The notes under the pieces were generated by a model that saw only the letters and a program-made list of their open reading frames with translations, was not told the DNA's origin and searched no databases. Below, piece by piece: positions 11,401 through 24,401 of a stretch of DNA of 55,491 nucleotides. This DNA is from Catajapyx aquilonaris (taxonomy: Eukaryota), in the NCBI GenBank assembly GCA_000934665.2, contig JYFJ02002099.1, forward strand, positions 124,001 to 179,491, read 5' to 3'. Within the stretch, counting starts at the first letter, position 1. The number at the start of each line of letters is the position of its first letter. The position numbers and the translations under genes were made by a program.

Positions 11401-12943
11401 GTTAGATTCATGCCTGTGTCATTATGACTGCATCTCAAGTGTCAGTCCCTCTAGTCAGTAGTCATGATTGTGTAGAATGTAATTCCATTCCCCCATTATG
11501 ACATGTTTTGATAAGCACACTGGAGAACACAATGACTCAAAATCCCATCTGCACCTTGAGCATGTGTGTGCGGTTAATTGGTGTTGTGTCTCTCAAAAGG
11601 ACAGATGTTTTTTTCTATCCTGACCATCAGGAACGCAGTTAACACAAATGTCACTTTGTCAGGAAAAATGGAAAATTAGTAGCATGAATGCACATGTAGT
11701 ACGAGAATAAGGCTATACCTGATGTACCAAAGAATGAGTGTCAAACTGTAGCACAGTGCATTGACCACTTATGTAATCAGACATATTCAAGAAAGTTCAA
11801 ATGTGTCACCATGGGTAATCGTAATCAAGGATATTTTAAAAATAGAGCCTGTAATTGAATCCCTCATGATAAGCTGTGCAACAAGACTCGTCACCATTAC
11901 ATCCGGCAAACATCCCCAAACAGGTCGCAACGTGCAGCGTCAGGTTTCAAGTGGCATTATCCGTCATTTACAAGGAGGAAACCTGAGCCATACCCAAACC
12001 TAGTCTGCAATGTCGCTAGGAACAGCATTACCAATTGAGAAAGTTGATCATCTTATTTCATGGCTGCTTTTTTCCTCCATCTTACTGGAGAGGGAAGCTG
12101 GCATTCCAACAGCTGGAGGCGACTGGAGGAGAGTGGTGTCATACTGACATCAGCTATTCCTCTCCAGAAAAATGGAGAACAAAACAGACACACACGTGAC
12201 AGCTTCAATAGGATTAATCCAGATGCTGGGCAATCTTGGTCGGCAGTGCTACGCCTAGCAACCAGTGCATACCAAGTACCGGTTAAGTCGCCTCATGTTG
12301 AGTCAGCGTGATATATGACACCCTGCTGCGGACAGGAAAAATTCTATGGCTACAACGTGCAGTTTGACGACTTGAACCGTTTGTCCTGTGCCTTCCCGTG
12401 CATCAACCTTCCCGCCTGTCGAAGCGTTTCGGCACCAACCTTGAGCGAACTGATGTAGTGCAGCGAGGCAACGTCCTGCGCCTCCTGGTCAATCCTGAGC
12501 TCAATCTGCATCTTCTCCATCTGGTCCTGGAACTCCTTCCCAATCTCCCCTGGCCCACTCATCTGGTGTGAGACCGGTGGCCTGCTGCCTCCGTCCCCAT
12601 CCGCTGGCGGCTCAACCCCATCGACCCTTGCCTGCACCAGGTTAGGGAAGCCTTCCCTGATGCGACCCCACAGGTCCTGGTCGACCAGGGTCCTCTCCCT
12701 GGTGGCCTTCCTGCACCATATGGAGATCCTCTTCCTGCAGAGCGGGCACTGCAGGCTGGCCATGCGGACGTGCTGCTGGAAGCAGGCCATGCACAGCCGG
12801 TGCGAGCAGGGCATCCCGACAGGCTCCACCATGATGCCCAGGCAGATCGGGCACGTCGCGTCTGCCAGGGTCAGCTGCTGGGGCACCTGAGCCGCACCCG
12901 GGGCGGACCCTCCCCGGGCCGGAAGACCTTTTGAACCCGCCAT
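8470..12943 (-). CDS. RNF168: RNF168/RNF169-like RING E3 ubiquitin ligase (~408 aa)
   Basis: C3HC4 RING CPICLGIMVEPVGMPCSHRLCMACF...CPLCRKRISIWCR; GPGEIGKEF / ASLHYISSL (LRM1/UMI-like); C-terminal QEQEDFKLALQLQREL...RRRGSGSEYNLR (MIU2-LRM2-like). Exons 12440-12943, 10237-10333, 9815-10040, 9560-9609, 8470-8819 total 1227 nt in frame. Confidence 0.85.
8939..9270 (-). mobile_element. tRNA-derived SINE, copy 1, with LINE-like stem-loop and (TAAA)n tail
   Basis: A-box-like TGGTGCTGCGG and B box GGTTCGATCCC on minus strand; TSD GCAGTTAT(T/G)CATT at 8926-8938 and 9271-9283; body homologous to 38461-38783. Confidence 0.85.
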
Positions 12944-12959
12944 TTTGCCGCTTCGAATG

Positions 12960-13110
12960 GAACGAACGGCCGAACGTCTGCCCTCGGCCGCTGACGTCAC
13001 GCGGACTGGAAAAAGATAAAGAAGAAAAAAAAAAGGGGGGGGGGGNGAAGGGGAAAGTGTTGGCAACGCTGCGCTGACGTCACTTCTGGCCCAGATTTAG
13101 GCGGGAAAGA
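12960..13110 (-). promoter_or_regulatory. RNF168-like gene promoter
   Basis: CpG-rich; two perfect CRE palindromes TGACGTCA (12992, 13075); E2F-like GGCGGGAAA (13100); only ~310 bp from the SMC4 stop codon. Confidence 0.55.
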
Positions 13111-13256
13111 AAAATGAGCTGCTCATACGCTGCACTACTGCCACGGTGGATCAGACGCGATCGAGACGCGGCCGATACGAGCCTGAAACGCATTTAAACA
13201 CGACTGCAGGTTTGAATGCAAACACCATAATTTAATGGCAACTTTAATACAACATG

Positions 13257-16200
13257 TTAAATGGCAATGTTCTCGGCTTCGACGTCCCTTTCACTGCTGC
13301 TGTCGGCTTGTCCAGGGACTAAGGCGGGCTCCACGGGAGCTGTGGAAGGCTTGGGATTACCCACGGTAGCCTGAGTGGTCATCATGGTGTTTTGGGTGAC
13401 TCCAAGGGCGGCGGTGAGAGAGCCTGAGGCTGATCCTTCTGCCCGAGATGCCTGCTGCATGGCGGCTGCCCTAGCTACTGCCAGATGCACACATTTCGCT
13501 TCTACTTCCTTTGGGTTGATGGTCACGGATTTGCTGCAGTTGTATGTCTTGTAGATCCCCACCAATCGGTCCGCCTCTTCGAACATGTTGGAACGCAGTG
13601 ATATGATGATGAACTGAGCATTCTTGGTTTGCTCCTTCACGTAGTTGGCTACAATGTACACATTCTTGAAGTCCAAGGCAGCGTCTATCTCGTCCATTAC
13701 GTAGAGAGGACTGGGCTTGTAGTAATGGAGTGCAAACACAAGTGCCAACGAGGCTAGGGTCTTCTCTCCGCCAGACAGGTGGCCAATGTGTTTCCATGAC
13801 TTCTTTGGTGGGCGTACACTGAAGACAATCCCTTCGGAGAAGGGATCCATGGAATCAACCAGCTCCAGCTCAGCGTCGCCTCCTAATAACAGGAATTAAC
13901 AAGCAACTTATTAATGCGCAAGACAATGAAATATAATTCAAATTCCTGTGAATTCCTAGCAAATATGCAACAGGGAGTCATTTATCCAGAACTGAGGAAA
14001 TTGGACCTGGTCCACTACAAAGCTACTACCATGCCAACAAGAATATAACATGTCATATGTATGTACTGTCAGGTTACGTTGTTTGTGGTTATGTTTAGCA
14101 CTGCATCAAGCAACCTAATAGTGGACTTGGTTGACTTCCTTGGTACTGTGTAAGTGACCCCATAAAGTAACTCCTTGGAATCCATACCTAACGTGATCAT
14201 CTGGTACACCTCTTTTAGCTTTACAGTAACAATGCCAAAGGCAGACATGAACTCGCTGAGCCTCTGTTTGCGCAGATCATCATATTGCTTCCTCTGGTTG
14301 TCCCTTCGCCTTGTGACCTCCTCGAGTGCGGACACACGCTTCAGGTAATCATCTTCCTTCTTTCTATACTCAGCAATCACGCCCAGGTTTGGATGCATGC
14401 TCTTCAGCTCCTCGTCAATGTTTGTAAGCTGGTTGTTGATATGATTTTCATCCACTTCATCTAGCCTTTCAGGGTCCAACTATCAGGAAGCAATGGACAG
14501 TAAGCACTTCTACATTGAACTTGTATTAATGGTTATAATGCAACATAAAAATACTGTATGCAGTTGCACAACTTGATGTGGTTGGTACCCCACCCGAAAT
14601 GTCGCTGACCAATTGAATTGGAGGGAAGACTGAGAGATATAATCATTCGTGCTGACCCCTCAGGTCACTGCCAGTAAGGTTTCATTGTGACGGCCATAGC
14701 AAACAAACAAGAAGCACGTCCAAGCTTTTCTTGCGAGTTGACCCCTCTCACAGAAGACAAAAAAAAAATTAGCTCACCTCTTCCAATGGTGTCTCCTGTC
14801 CTGTTTCCAAATTGTGCACCTTCAGCTGTTTCAACTTCTTGGTACAGGAAACGATCCCAGTTTTAATCTCATTCACTTTCTTTGTCAGTCCCGACTTCTT
14901 TGCCTCCAGGTCAATGGATTCTTTCTTTGCTTCATTCTCCATGCCAGCTACCTCCTTCTTATCCTGATTCAGCTCTGCAAGACGAGCTTGGTACTCCTCT
15001 ATTTCACTGCGATAAACCTCCATTTTGGCTAACAACTCTTGCCCTTCAGAATCCAATTCCTTTCTCTTCTCACTCATGTGCTGGAGTTGGAGGGCTGCCT
15101 CGGACACATCCACCTCCAGGCTGTTGATCTTCTCCTGGCTTTTAGCCGCATTCCTCTTGGAAGTCTTGATCGCTACTGTTAGGCTGGTGATGTCCTTGGT
15201 CACCTTCTCCACCTTACTTGTGACAGTCTTAAGCGTATTCTCCACTGGCTTCATGTGGTTCTTAGTGATATCTTGGATCTTGTTGGTCAAACGGGTGACT
15301 TCTTCCTGGATCTTTTCAGTCTTCCCTGATGCCTTCTCATATGCTGGAAGCACCAAAGGTCTTGTGTAAAAAAAACCATTGCGCTAAAATCCTCTTATTT
15401 CAGACCCCTGAGATTCATCGCAGTGGGGTTTTACTGCATTTATGTCCATATTAAAAATTCAAACTCAACACTCACCAGATTTTGTCTTCTTAACTTCAGC
15501 CTCCATCTGGGCGACCTTCCTTTCGTCAGGCTTGGTTTCCTTAACCTTCTTCTCCTGCTGCTTCACTTGCTCCCGCAGACTTTTTTCTTGGTCTCCAGTT
15601 GCCTGTGCCTCCACTCTGAACATTTGTACTTGGTGTCTTAGAGTCTGTGACTCCCTCTCCATCCGAGGCAACTCCTCTTCCAGCATGGCCTGGTGATCCC
15701 TCAAAGCCCTTACCTTCCCCATAAGCTCATCTACTTGCTTCTGCATGCGGTGAATCTCACCTGGAGATGCTGCACCCTGGCTTGACACCACAGAATGGCC
15801 CATCAGTCCCCTGAGTGGCCGGCCTCCACCACCACTCATAGTTCCGGATGTCTCAATTAACTCCCCCTTGAGAGTGACCACCCTGTAACGTACTTGACCA
15901 TATGCTATGCGCATGGCCTGGGTCAGGTCATCGGCAACCAATGTGTCACGTAGACGAAAGTAAAAGGCAGTTCGGATAGTCTCATTTTCCACACGCACCA
16001 GGTCAAACAAGCGAGGTACATTCTCAGGGCTGAAAGTATAATAAAAATCCAACACTTATTAAATGCCACATTCAAGGGAGACACAAATTGTATGTGGTGC
16101 CACATTGACAAAGTATAATTCAACTCACGCCCTGAATGGTGCTTTGTACAGTGACCGCCAGTGCTCCTGTTTTTCCAGAGGGACGAATGATGCTTTTCCC

Positions 16201-19200
16201 AGATTGTTCTTCTTCAGAAACTCAATGCACTTCTGAGCAGTATTCACTGTGTCTACAACAATGTCGTTCAGGGAAGGACAAGCAGTAGAGACTGCCACAT
16301 CATACTTCTGCTCTATAGCACCCAAGTCACCCTAAGGAATGAATACACTGGCATTAAATGCAAATATTTATACAGTACATGTTAGCTATCAGGTCAAATT
16401 CTCCAATGTTTATAAATGTAGTAGCCTGAGGGTCACAGATCTGCTCTACCTGACCATAACCAAGTCAGGTTTATGACCTTATAACAATGTTTTGTCCCCT
16501 CTATTGGCCCACATCCTAGTCATGAATTCCAGACAAAGGCAGTCCATTTTTAAAATGAGCACAGAGGCTGCATACATCCAAAGTGTATTATGTAAAAGGC
16601 CTCCCGGAAAGCTTCATTCACTCACCATTCGTCCGTAGATTCCAGGAAGATTCCCTTCCTGCTTCTGCTCCAGCAATGCAGAGAGCATCCTGCCCCTGCT
16701 CTGCATACTCTGCTGTGAAGACCTCACCTCCCCAATGGCCGCTTGCTTTCTCTGGAGTTCTGCCTCAGCTGCTGCAACATCCTCTGCTACCTTTTTCAAA
16801 TCAGCCCCACCCTTCTTCATATTGACTTCCAGCTCTGGAATCCTGGCTTCCATCTCCACCACTTTAGCATTGAGGCTGGCAAATTTGTTTCCTGCCTCAG
16901 TCAAGCTGCACTTCAGCTCCTCCAGCTTGTCCTTTACAGACTTCTCCTGGCTCAGATACAACTCCAACACTGACTGGGCCAGGTCAAACTAGGGAAATAA
17001 CACAATACAGAACGTCAACATTATGACACATTTGTCTTGGAGCAGAGATATCAGCAGTTTGATGTGTCCATCTTCCTGCTTATAGCTGTACCTGTTCACA
17101 TGGATTAAATTCTGCACATGTCAAACTGAAATGTTAATGCATACAAAAATACAAAATATAATGTACAAGCTAATGTACATACCGCAGATTTAGTGTCATT
17201 GATCTCCTTTTGAAATCCCAGCAGCTTGTTTTGCTGCACCTCCTTCTGGTCTTGCAGTTCCTGGGTCTGTCCTACCAGACCTTGCAGAGCAACCTGCTGA
17301 TCCTTTTGCGCCTTCTGCTGGTCAATTATTAGAGTTTCCTTCCTACCAGTCAAGATTTCAATGTCATCTGCATTGCGTTTAGGAACCTGCAGCAGCTCGT
17401 CCAGCTATCCATGCAAAAGTACCAACTGGAATTAATATCCTTTCACCTACAAGTATTACAGTAGAACCCCAATTATCCGACTCCCCAGTTTATCCAGCCC
17501 TCCAGCTCCAGAAATAAAGATATTTTTCTCATCAAACACTGTCATGTAGGCTACTACGCATTGGTCTCTTGTTTCCTTAGTTAAGTGGTAAATACAGTAC
17601 AGTATAATGTGCAATATGTGCATGCAAATGATAAATACTTCAGTTTTTTTAGAAAACAGTAATATTGTACATTATTTCATGCTTCTTTATATTTTTTTGT
17701 CGTGTTTCATTAAAGTTTTCCTTGCTCCTCGGATTATCCAACCTTTTTTTGTGTTCCGACCATGCTTTACATGTTACAAGTATGCAAATTCCCTTCTTTG
17801 TTCCAAGCCCTGAAACTGTTCTATTAGCCTCTTTCCAATTTAGCTAAATTTTATACGAAGAATTCCAAACAGCCTGATAGTAAGAGGTTTGCAGAGGCCT
17901 CATTGGCCATTAGGGCGGCTCGAAAAACACTTTTTTTCGAAAGTTGTAGTTCGCTAGTGAAAAAAAGTTGTGTTGGGCGATCCTTTTAACAGGTAAAAAA
18001 TCTGAGTCATGTGGGTTAATATTCTACGTCTCCGCCAGGGGCGTAAGTGACGCAACTTCCGGTTTTTCGTTTTTTGGTGTGCGAGTACACTTACCCGGCC
18101 TAAACATGAAAAGTTGCGGCCCATTGGGGGTGAAATGTCGTTATTTTTGCGATATCTTGCACCGTTGACGAGATATTGACCAAAACCCCAGGTTCAAAAA
18201 TTACACCTATCTGCAAAAAAACACTCTCTTTAGCTCTTTTGCAAACTTTTATGTGCTTTTTATGGATTTTGGGGTGCTGAATCCGAATCCGGCAACAGAT
18301 TTGCTCTATCACGTACAGTTTTTGAGATATATCGTTTTAAAACTTTGGACGGTTTACTAGGGGTCTTTCCGAATCAAGTGGGCCTAGATGTTGCTAGACC
18401 GCCTTGGATCTTGGTGAAAATAATCACAGATGTACTCATCTATTCCTTAACGCTTCCTATAAAAATTCAGCCATATTGCTCAATACCATGATGAGGGGAA
18501 AAATCGCAAACATCTGGAAATGGCTGAGAATGAGGCCTTTTTTGGAGATTTTTTTTTCGGTTAGTGCAAGTGGTCAAACCCCAATGAACATATATATCAA
18601 AAGAAAGGGAAACACCAGGTCAATGCGCCTATGGAATTAGTATTCCTCTAAAATGTAAAAATAAATTTTTATAGCATTTCATTTGTCACCCAAAGGGCCG
18701 CAACTTTTCATGTTTAGGCCGGGTAAGTGTACTCGCACACCAAAAAACGAAAAACCGGAAGTTGCGTCACTTACGCCCCTGGCGGAGACGTAGGATATTA
18801 ACCCACATGACTCAGATTTTTTACCTGTTAAAAGGATCGCCCAACACAACTTTTTTTCACTAGCGAACTACAACTTTCGAAAAAAAGTGTTTTTCGAGCC
18901 GCCCTATTGGCCATAATGGGTCATCCGCAAAGTGCATCACACATACCTTTTTCTTCTCTGCCTCCAAACTGTGTTGATTTTTTTTGCGCTGCTCATTACG
19001 ATGTTTCATATCCTCTGTAATCTTAAAACATTCCTTGTCCAGTTTGTTGAATGTAGCAAGCAGTTCCTCCTTCTTCTCAGTGCGGCTTCCACACTCCCTA
19101 CAAATTAAAACCATTTAGAAAATTCATTTTTTGGACATCAACCACGCCCACAAGCAATTACTTACTTTGCTTCGGCCACAATGGCCTTCTCCTTAATCTC

Positions 19201-20742
19201 TCTCTTGGCAGTCATGTTTTTCAACTTCTCTTGCACCTCTGCCAGTTTTTGCCCCACTTCTTCTGCATCTTTCTCAATTTTCACAAGTGTGGGAGTACTT
19301 TTGTTACTATTAAAGACCATCAAGTAATTAGTACTCCTAAATAACAACTGTCACTTGCAACAAACGTATTATTAAATCGCACTTCATAATTTATTATCTG
19401 CACATCATTTACACCTTATGGATAGGTGCTCATCACTGACAATTACATTCGGCGTACAAGTAGGTTAATAATTTACTTCAGTTTAGCTACATACTGGCTT
19501 TGCAAAACTTATTGAGTGAAATCTCATGTTTGAAATGTAGTCCCAATAAATCCAAATAAATTAAGAGTAACCATACATAAACTTTTGTAATTCCATCCCA
19601 CGAAATCTGGCCAGCTTGTTCTCCAGTTCAAGGTAGGCAAACGCCTTAGCTCTCTCTGCCTGGAGGACATCCTTCTCTTGGCTCAGGATCTTTAGCTTCT
19701 GCATCTGTTCATTACGAATGTTACTTAGTGTTTCCACTATTCGTGACATGCGTACAATGGGTTCTTGCAAACGATTTGACCCAACTATGTCCTCGAGGTA
19801 CTCCAACATGCCTGTCTCATGCTCATTGACAGATTTTGGTTTCATAAGAGCAATTTGCTCAACCTCTCCCTAGACAAGAAAGCATAATTAAGTCATTATC
19901 TTCAAATATGTGTGTGATACAAGCTACAAGTACGCACCTGCAAAATGAGGAATCGATTGTGATCCAGGTCAATTCCATGCTGCCTAAGCAAAGCAGCCAC
20001 ATCCTTGAACATGTTTCGCTTACCGTTGATCTCATAATAAGATGAGTTGTCACTGCAAGCAGTCCTTGAAATTCTAAGTTCTGACCCTGGAATCAGCTCA
20101 AACTTGTCACCAGGCTGTAAATAAAATAACCGTCAACCATGTGTGACACTAATTATTCAATGCAAAATAAGGTACAAACCAAGTCACGAATCTGCTGAAA
20201 GAATACAGACACGCTGCAACTGTTCAGGTTGTTGAAATTTTCTGAACTGTGGATCAGGACAGACACCTTCTTACAGCGGATCTTTTGAGCACGGTAACCA
20301 AACACAAACAGCATGGCATCTATCACGTTGCTCTTCCCACTTCCATTTGGGCCCACAATTGCAGTGAAACTCTATGAGCATACAAATTAAGGATAAGCAC
20401 AGTATACTAATAATGGTTACAATGCAAAGAATTACATACCTTACAAAATGGGCCAAGTATCTTGACCCCAGCATAACTCTTGAAATTGTGTAGCTGAATT
20501 TGGGTTATGACAAGCCGGGGAGTGTCTGAATCAAATGTGAGCGCCGGTTTTGGAGGGGGGGCAACATACATTTGGCCAATTCGGATTCCACCTTCCTCAT
20601 CCCGTTCCACTACCACATCAAGGTCAGCAATGATAGACTCAGACAGAGCAGCAGGAGGGGCATCACCACCACCCCCAACATCACCTCCAAACTCCTGTTG
20701 CAGCCTCTCCTCTTGCTGCTGGGCTTTGCGCTTACGGCCCAT
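13257..20742 (-). CDS. SMC4: Structural maintenance of chromosomes protein 4 (condensin ATPase), ~1357 aa
   Basis: NFKSY, Walker A GPNGSGKSNVID, hinge GELIETSGTMSGGG, signature LSGGEKTL, VMDEIDAALD. Thirteen coding exons (20440-20742, 20180-20371, 19938-20114, 19577-19869, 19166-19296, 18947-19097, 17183-17404, 16626-16988, 16129-16331, 15476-16029, 14778-15343, 14187-14479, 13257-13882) sum to 4074 nt. Probable 5'UTR exon ending at 22594. Confidence 0.97.
17911..18906. mobile_element. Non-autonomous hAT-type DNA transposon with 212-bp TIRs in an SMC4 intron
   Basis: TAGGG...CCCTA termini; TIRs 17911-18122 and 18695-18906 with one mismatch seen; 8-bp TSD TTGGCCAT at 17903-17910 and 18907-18914. 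Confidence 0.93.
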
Positions 20743-21043
20743 CTTTCAGCTATCCTCTGTGCAGTCACAGTTACCTAAACCTGTAATGTTAAAAAAACTA
20801 ATTTAATAAATGGCAACAAAAAATTCTAAAAATAATCAGTGGGACAAAAAACCTTCCTTGCCCATATTTGTAAAATCCAAATAAAATTCTGATTATTTAA
20901 TGATGCAGTGTTATTTTGATGTCCTTTATTATATAAAAGATGGCCTTTCTGCTCTTAACTAAGCACTTCAATTAGAAGCATTCAGAAGTTTAGGCTCCTC
21001 CTGAGAGCAATACAAAAATGATCCCCTACATCCCCTACATATT

Positions 21044-21681
21044 TTTTATTTATTTATTTATTTAGTGTACCCTGCGAGGCCTCTGGCCTATGTGAGGGGA
21101 GACAACAGCAATTTAAATAAACAGCACTAATACATCAATTTTACAGTATGGCCTTCTTGCACATAGCTTGGAAGAATCTAAATAGTTCAAACATTTCCGT
21201 GCTGGTTAGATGGGTGAACATTAGGTGTGTATAATGTCTCGGGTACATATTGGGGTAAGGGAGAAACTTCTTCTTGATAGATTGAAAGACCGTACATTCA
21301 AACAGTAAATGGTACACTTCAAAGGGTTCATCTGCATTACAATAGGAGCATGGTATATCTGGGGTGAAGCAAATGAGGCTTGAGCCAATTCTTAATTTGG
21401 GTGACCCATGCCTCAAATTTATGGCCATCCGCTGTATTTGGAGCGGCAACTGTGGGTACTGCACTTCGAGACCGACAGACAGGTGTATGTCCCTGTAGTT
21501 CTCATATCGTTTGGACCCTAAGAGCCTGTCGACATCATTCTCGCGACAAGAAACGGAATAATCCCGGATTTTCTGGTGCCAGTCCAAGGATCCAACAGCA
21601 TTAACGTCCAGATCTAGTTTGTTCAAGAGTCTTTTCTGTCCCTGCGTCCATTTCGCTTCCGGATTTGACTGGACAAAATAC
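21044..21681 (-). mobile_element. 5'-truncated non-LTR retrotransposon (ORF2 C-terminus, possibly RTE-X-like)
   Basis: ORF 21141-21683 with CSYC-x8-H-x4-C knuckle; 3'UTR stem-loop AGGCC-AGA-GGCCT and (TAAA)n tail; perfect 16-bp TSD ACATCCCCTACATATT at 21028-21043 and 21682-21697. Confidence 0.9.
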
Positions 21682-22068
21682 ACATCCCCTACATATTACA
21701 ATAGCAGGCCAAGGAAATTACACAGGGGCTTAGAAGCCAAGTGCCGGACTCTACTCTCTACAACCCTGGTCAGTTCGAAAGAAAGGCTCAAAAAGCCCCT
21801 TTCCATTCTTGTGCCTATCACACCACCAGAAAACCATCCTAATCATCTAATCATTAGGTTCTACCAATCCATTAATGATGTCAGCAACAAAAAATTATGA
21901 TGCACATAAATCGCAAGCAATGAAATTCTGACATACAGGTAACAGCTTACATTTCAGTGCAATTTGATGGGTCTCTGCACTGGCACTGTCGCAGAAGGCT
22001 TTAGCCCAAACTACTACAGCCTCTACTACTTGGGATAACATTTACCTATCTAGAACTGAGCCCAACTC

Positions 22069-22238
22069 CAGTAAAACCTGTCCATAACGAACCCTTAGCA
22101 TAGCGGAAACTTGTCAATTGCGAACTGGAAACGGGCATAGGACATGCAATGTATTTTTTGATGGATACAGCGAAAACCTGTCCATTACGGCAAATTCTTT
22201 AGATCCCATGAAAATTCGGCTATGCACAGGTTTCACTG
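22069..22238. mobile_element. Tigger/pogo-like MITE
   Basis: CAGTAAAACCTGT ... ACAGGTTTCACTG followed by TA; internal third copy of the terminal motif. Confidence 0.65.
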
Positions 22239-23201
22239 TATTTTTGTGGAACCTTTCAGGCAGGCTTGTGGACTACCAGCTACCTACACACTAGGACACG
22301 AACTAATCAAGTGTCACTATAGCTCTACCTACTGTCAGGCAACCAGCTTCGTGATGAACCTAGGCCTACCAAGCCCTGTGTAGCTCAGTAGCTGACACCC
22401 GAGTAAGCTGGTGCAGGTCAATACTAGTGTACCTCAACCACTTTTTGATCAATCCAACTGCACAACGTTCGATTCCTGAGCGTCGACCAAGCCGATGGAA
22501 CAAACTGCCCCTAGGCCCCTAGCCCGCACCTCGCCACACAGTAACACAAGTGCTTAGCCGTCCACAAGGCAAAGCAGCAACCCTACATCTCACCTGACAG
22601 TCCTGCCGAACGCCAACTTTGCGGGTCGGACTCGGTCGGACTGCTTCACTTCAAACGAACAAACGAAGGAATGGCCACCAGAACGGATGGCGCCAAAAGA
22701 TGGACCCGATCAGGAAAAGTGGCCAAAATGTGAATCGAAATGTCGCGGTAAATGGCCGCCAGGGGCGCGCTTACACGCCACATGTGCGAGTAAATACAAT
22801 ACATTTTCACACATTTACCACGTTAGAACAGTACATATGGCTACCAAGAGTTATTACTCGTGTTATTGCCCTTTCCGAGGACAACCCCATGGTATAAAAA
22901 ACTATATTAATGCCATCACATTTTGTCTCATTTAAAATTTTTGCCAATCCATTTTCATCATGTATTGGAGCACTTTGTTGCAATTTTGAGAGTCAATAAT
23001 AATTTGGTGTATCTCTTTACTGTTGCGTCACTGGTTACCTGTGTTGCTCATCAGCTGTTGAGGTTCCTGCTGGAAAAAGGGGCAGAGGCATAATAATTTT
23101 TTTTTGCCGGTGAAGCAGTTGTATTATTACAATGATACAAGAGGTCACACAAGGCATATTATAAGAAGGCAAACCTTCTGGCAAAAGGTGCTATAATGAA
23201 G

Positions 23202-24401
23202 TCAGGAGGCAGAAGTTGATGCTTGTGAAGTTGTCTCCTGCTTCTTGTCATCGGTGTCGTTGGCTGCCTGTTCCGGTTCAACCAAATATGAATCCCATGT
23301 TTTCAGCCGCTTCTCCTTCTCCTCTGCTGTCTCTTCAATTCTGTATTTGGTCCTTCCATCCCATGTCTCTGCTTCAAGCTTAAGCCCTCCAAACCACCTC
23401 CCATGCAGAGCCTCTATGCAGGTATCTGCCTCCTCTGGTTCAGCATAGTACAACTGCACCACTCCCTCAGGATGTCGGTCATGCAATACCACCTTTTTGA
23501 GCTTCCCAAACTTTGTGCACTCTTCCCTGATGTCCTGTTTCAGTTCTAGAATCAGGGCGGCATCCTTCTCAATCTCACTCGGCCGAAATACATGCTTCAG
23601 AACTACTATACTCTCATGGCGACTTCGCTGGCCCCGCAAGCGGTCCGGCCTCCAGTCCAGCAGGCGCTCCTGAGATTTTTGGAACTTCTCCTTATCTCGG
23701 CGTTTCTTCTTACGTGGTCTCAAAGAAGGGTTGTACTCTCCTTTTGGTTTGAACTGGGCACGTTCTACATGTATAGTATGACCTCGAATGTCGCTTCCAT
23801 CCAAAATTTGTAGGGCAAGGGAGACTGACTCAACTCGGATATAAGTGCACCTCCCATCTCCCTTTGGCGTTCCCTGGTCATCAGTGTATATCTTCGCCTT
23901 AAGCTCGCCTGAGTCTGGGTCCTTAGCCACCAGCCCACACTTCTGTATCAGTTCCACAAACTCATCATGGGTCACATCCGGGGGAAGGCCGCTCACATAC
24001 ACATTCCGGTTCTGGGTCTCATCTACTTCAAACCATCCCGCTGGCTGAGGCTGTGGTATTCCTCCAGCTGCTTTCTTCTTCTTTTTGGCTGGACCTGGAT
24101 CCTCTGAAGGTGGGGCCACAGGCGAAGGATTGACGCTTCCATCTGCATGAAATCCATAGCTCAACTGGTAGCGTGCAAGGAATTCCTCGTCCACTTTGGG
24201 AAACCATGCCTTTTTTTCTGGATCCCACTGGAACATCGTCCCCTCTTGGTCCGTGTACATATATGCACCCGTCTCCGCATCGTAGGTGTATTGCTGCTCA
24301 GACGACGTCGGTTCGTCCCCTGGGCGTCCCTCATCAGGAATGTTGTCCAGGGGAGGTCCATGCGATTCTGAGGCAGCTTCTGACGACGAACACTCGGCCA
24401 T
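23202..24401 (-). CDS. HTATSF1: HIV Tat-specific factor 1 homolog (Tat-SF1/Cus2/Barricade; U2 snRNP-associated, RRM + UHM)
   Basis: FLARYQLSYGF, NRNVYVSGLP, GLVAKDP...KIYTDDQGTPKGDGRCTYIRVESVSLALQILDG, EECTKFG, LHGRWFGG; single uninterrupted 399-aa ORF. Confidence 0.95.
   Translation of the reverse strand: MAECSSSEAASESHGPPLDNIPDEGRPGDEPTSSEQQYTYDAETGAYMYTDQEGTMFQWDPEKKAWFPKVDEEFLARYQLSYGFHADGSVNPSPVAPPSEDPGPAKKKKKAAGGIPQPQPAGWFEVDETQNRNVYVSGLPPDVTHDEFVELIQKCGLVAKDPDSGELKAKIYTDDQGTPKGDGRCTYIRVESVSLALQILDGSDIRGHTIHVERAQFKPKGEYNPSLRPRKKKRRDKEKFQKSQERLLDWRPDRLRGQRSRHESIVVLKHVFRPSEIEKDAALILELKQDIREECTKFGKLKKVVLHDRHPEGVVQLYYAEPEEADTCIEALHGRWFGGLKLEAETWDGRTKYRIEETAEEKEKRLKTWDSYLVEPEQAANDTDDKKQETTSQASTSAS

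Noticed and set aside
12944..13066. N-terminal extension of ORF 12350..13066
   Set aside because: Non-ATG start running through a promoter homopolymer with an ambiguous base; the ATG at 12943 has the better context.
16415..16550. Hairpin followed by ACA in an SMC4 intron (H/ACA snoRNA or miRNA)
   Set aside because: Pocket-to-ACA distance is about 28 nt instead of 14-16, the H box overlaps a stem, and there is no miR-15/16-like seed.
22373..22480. tRNA-like A box (TAGCTCAGTAG) and B box (GTTCGATTCC)
   Set aside because: No acceptor stem or cloverleaf and the spacing is too long; at most a decayed SINE head.
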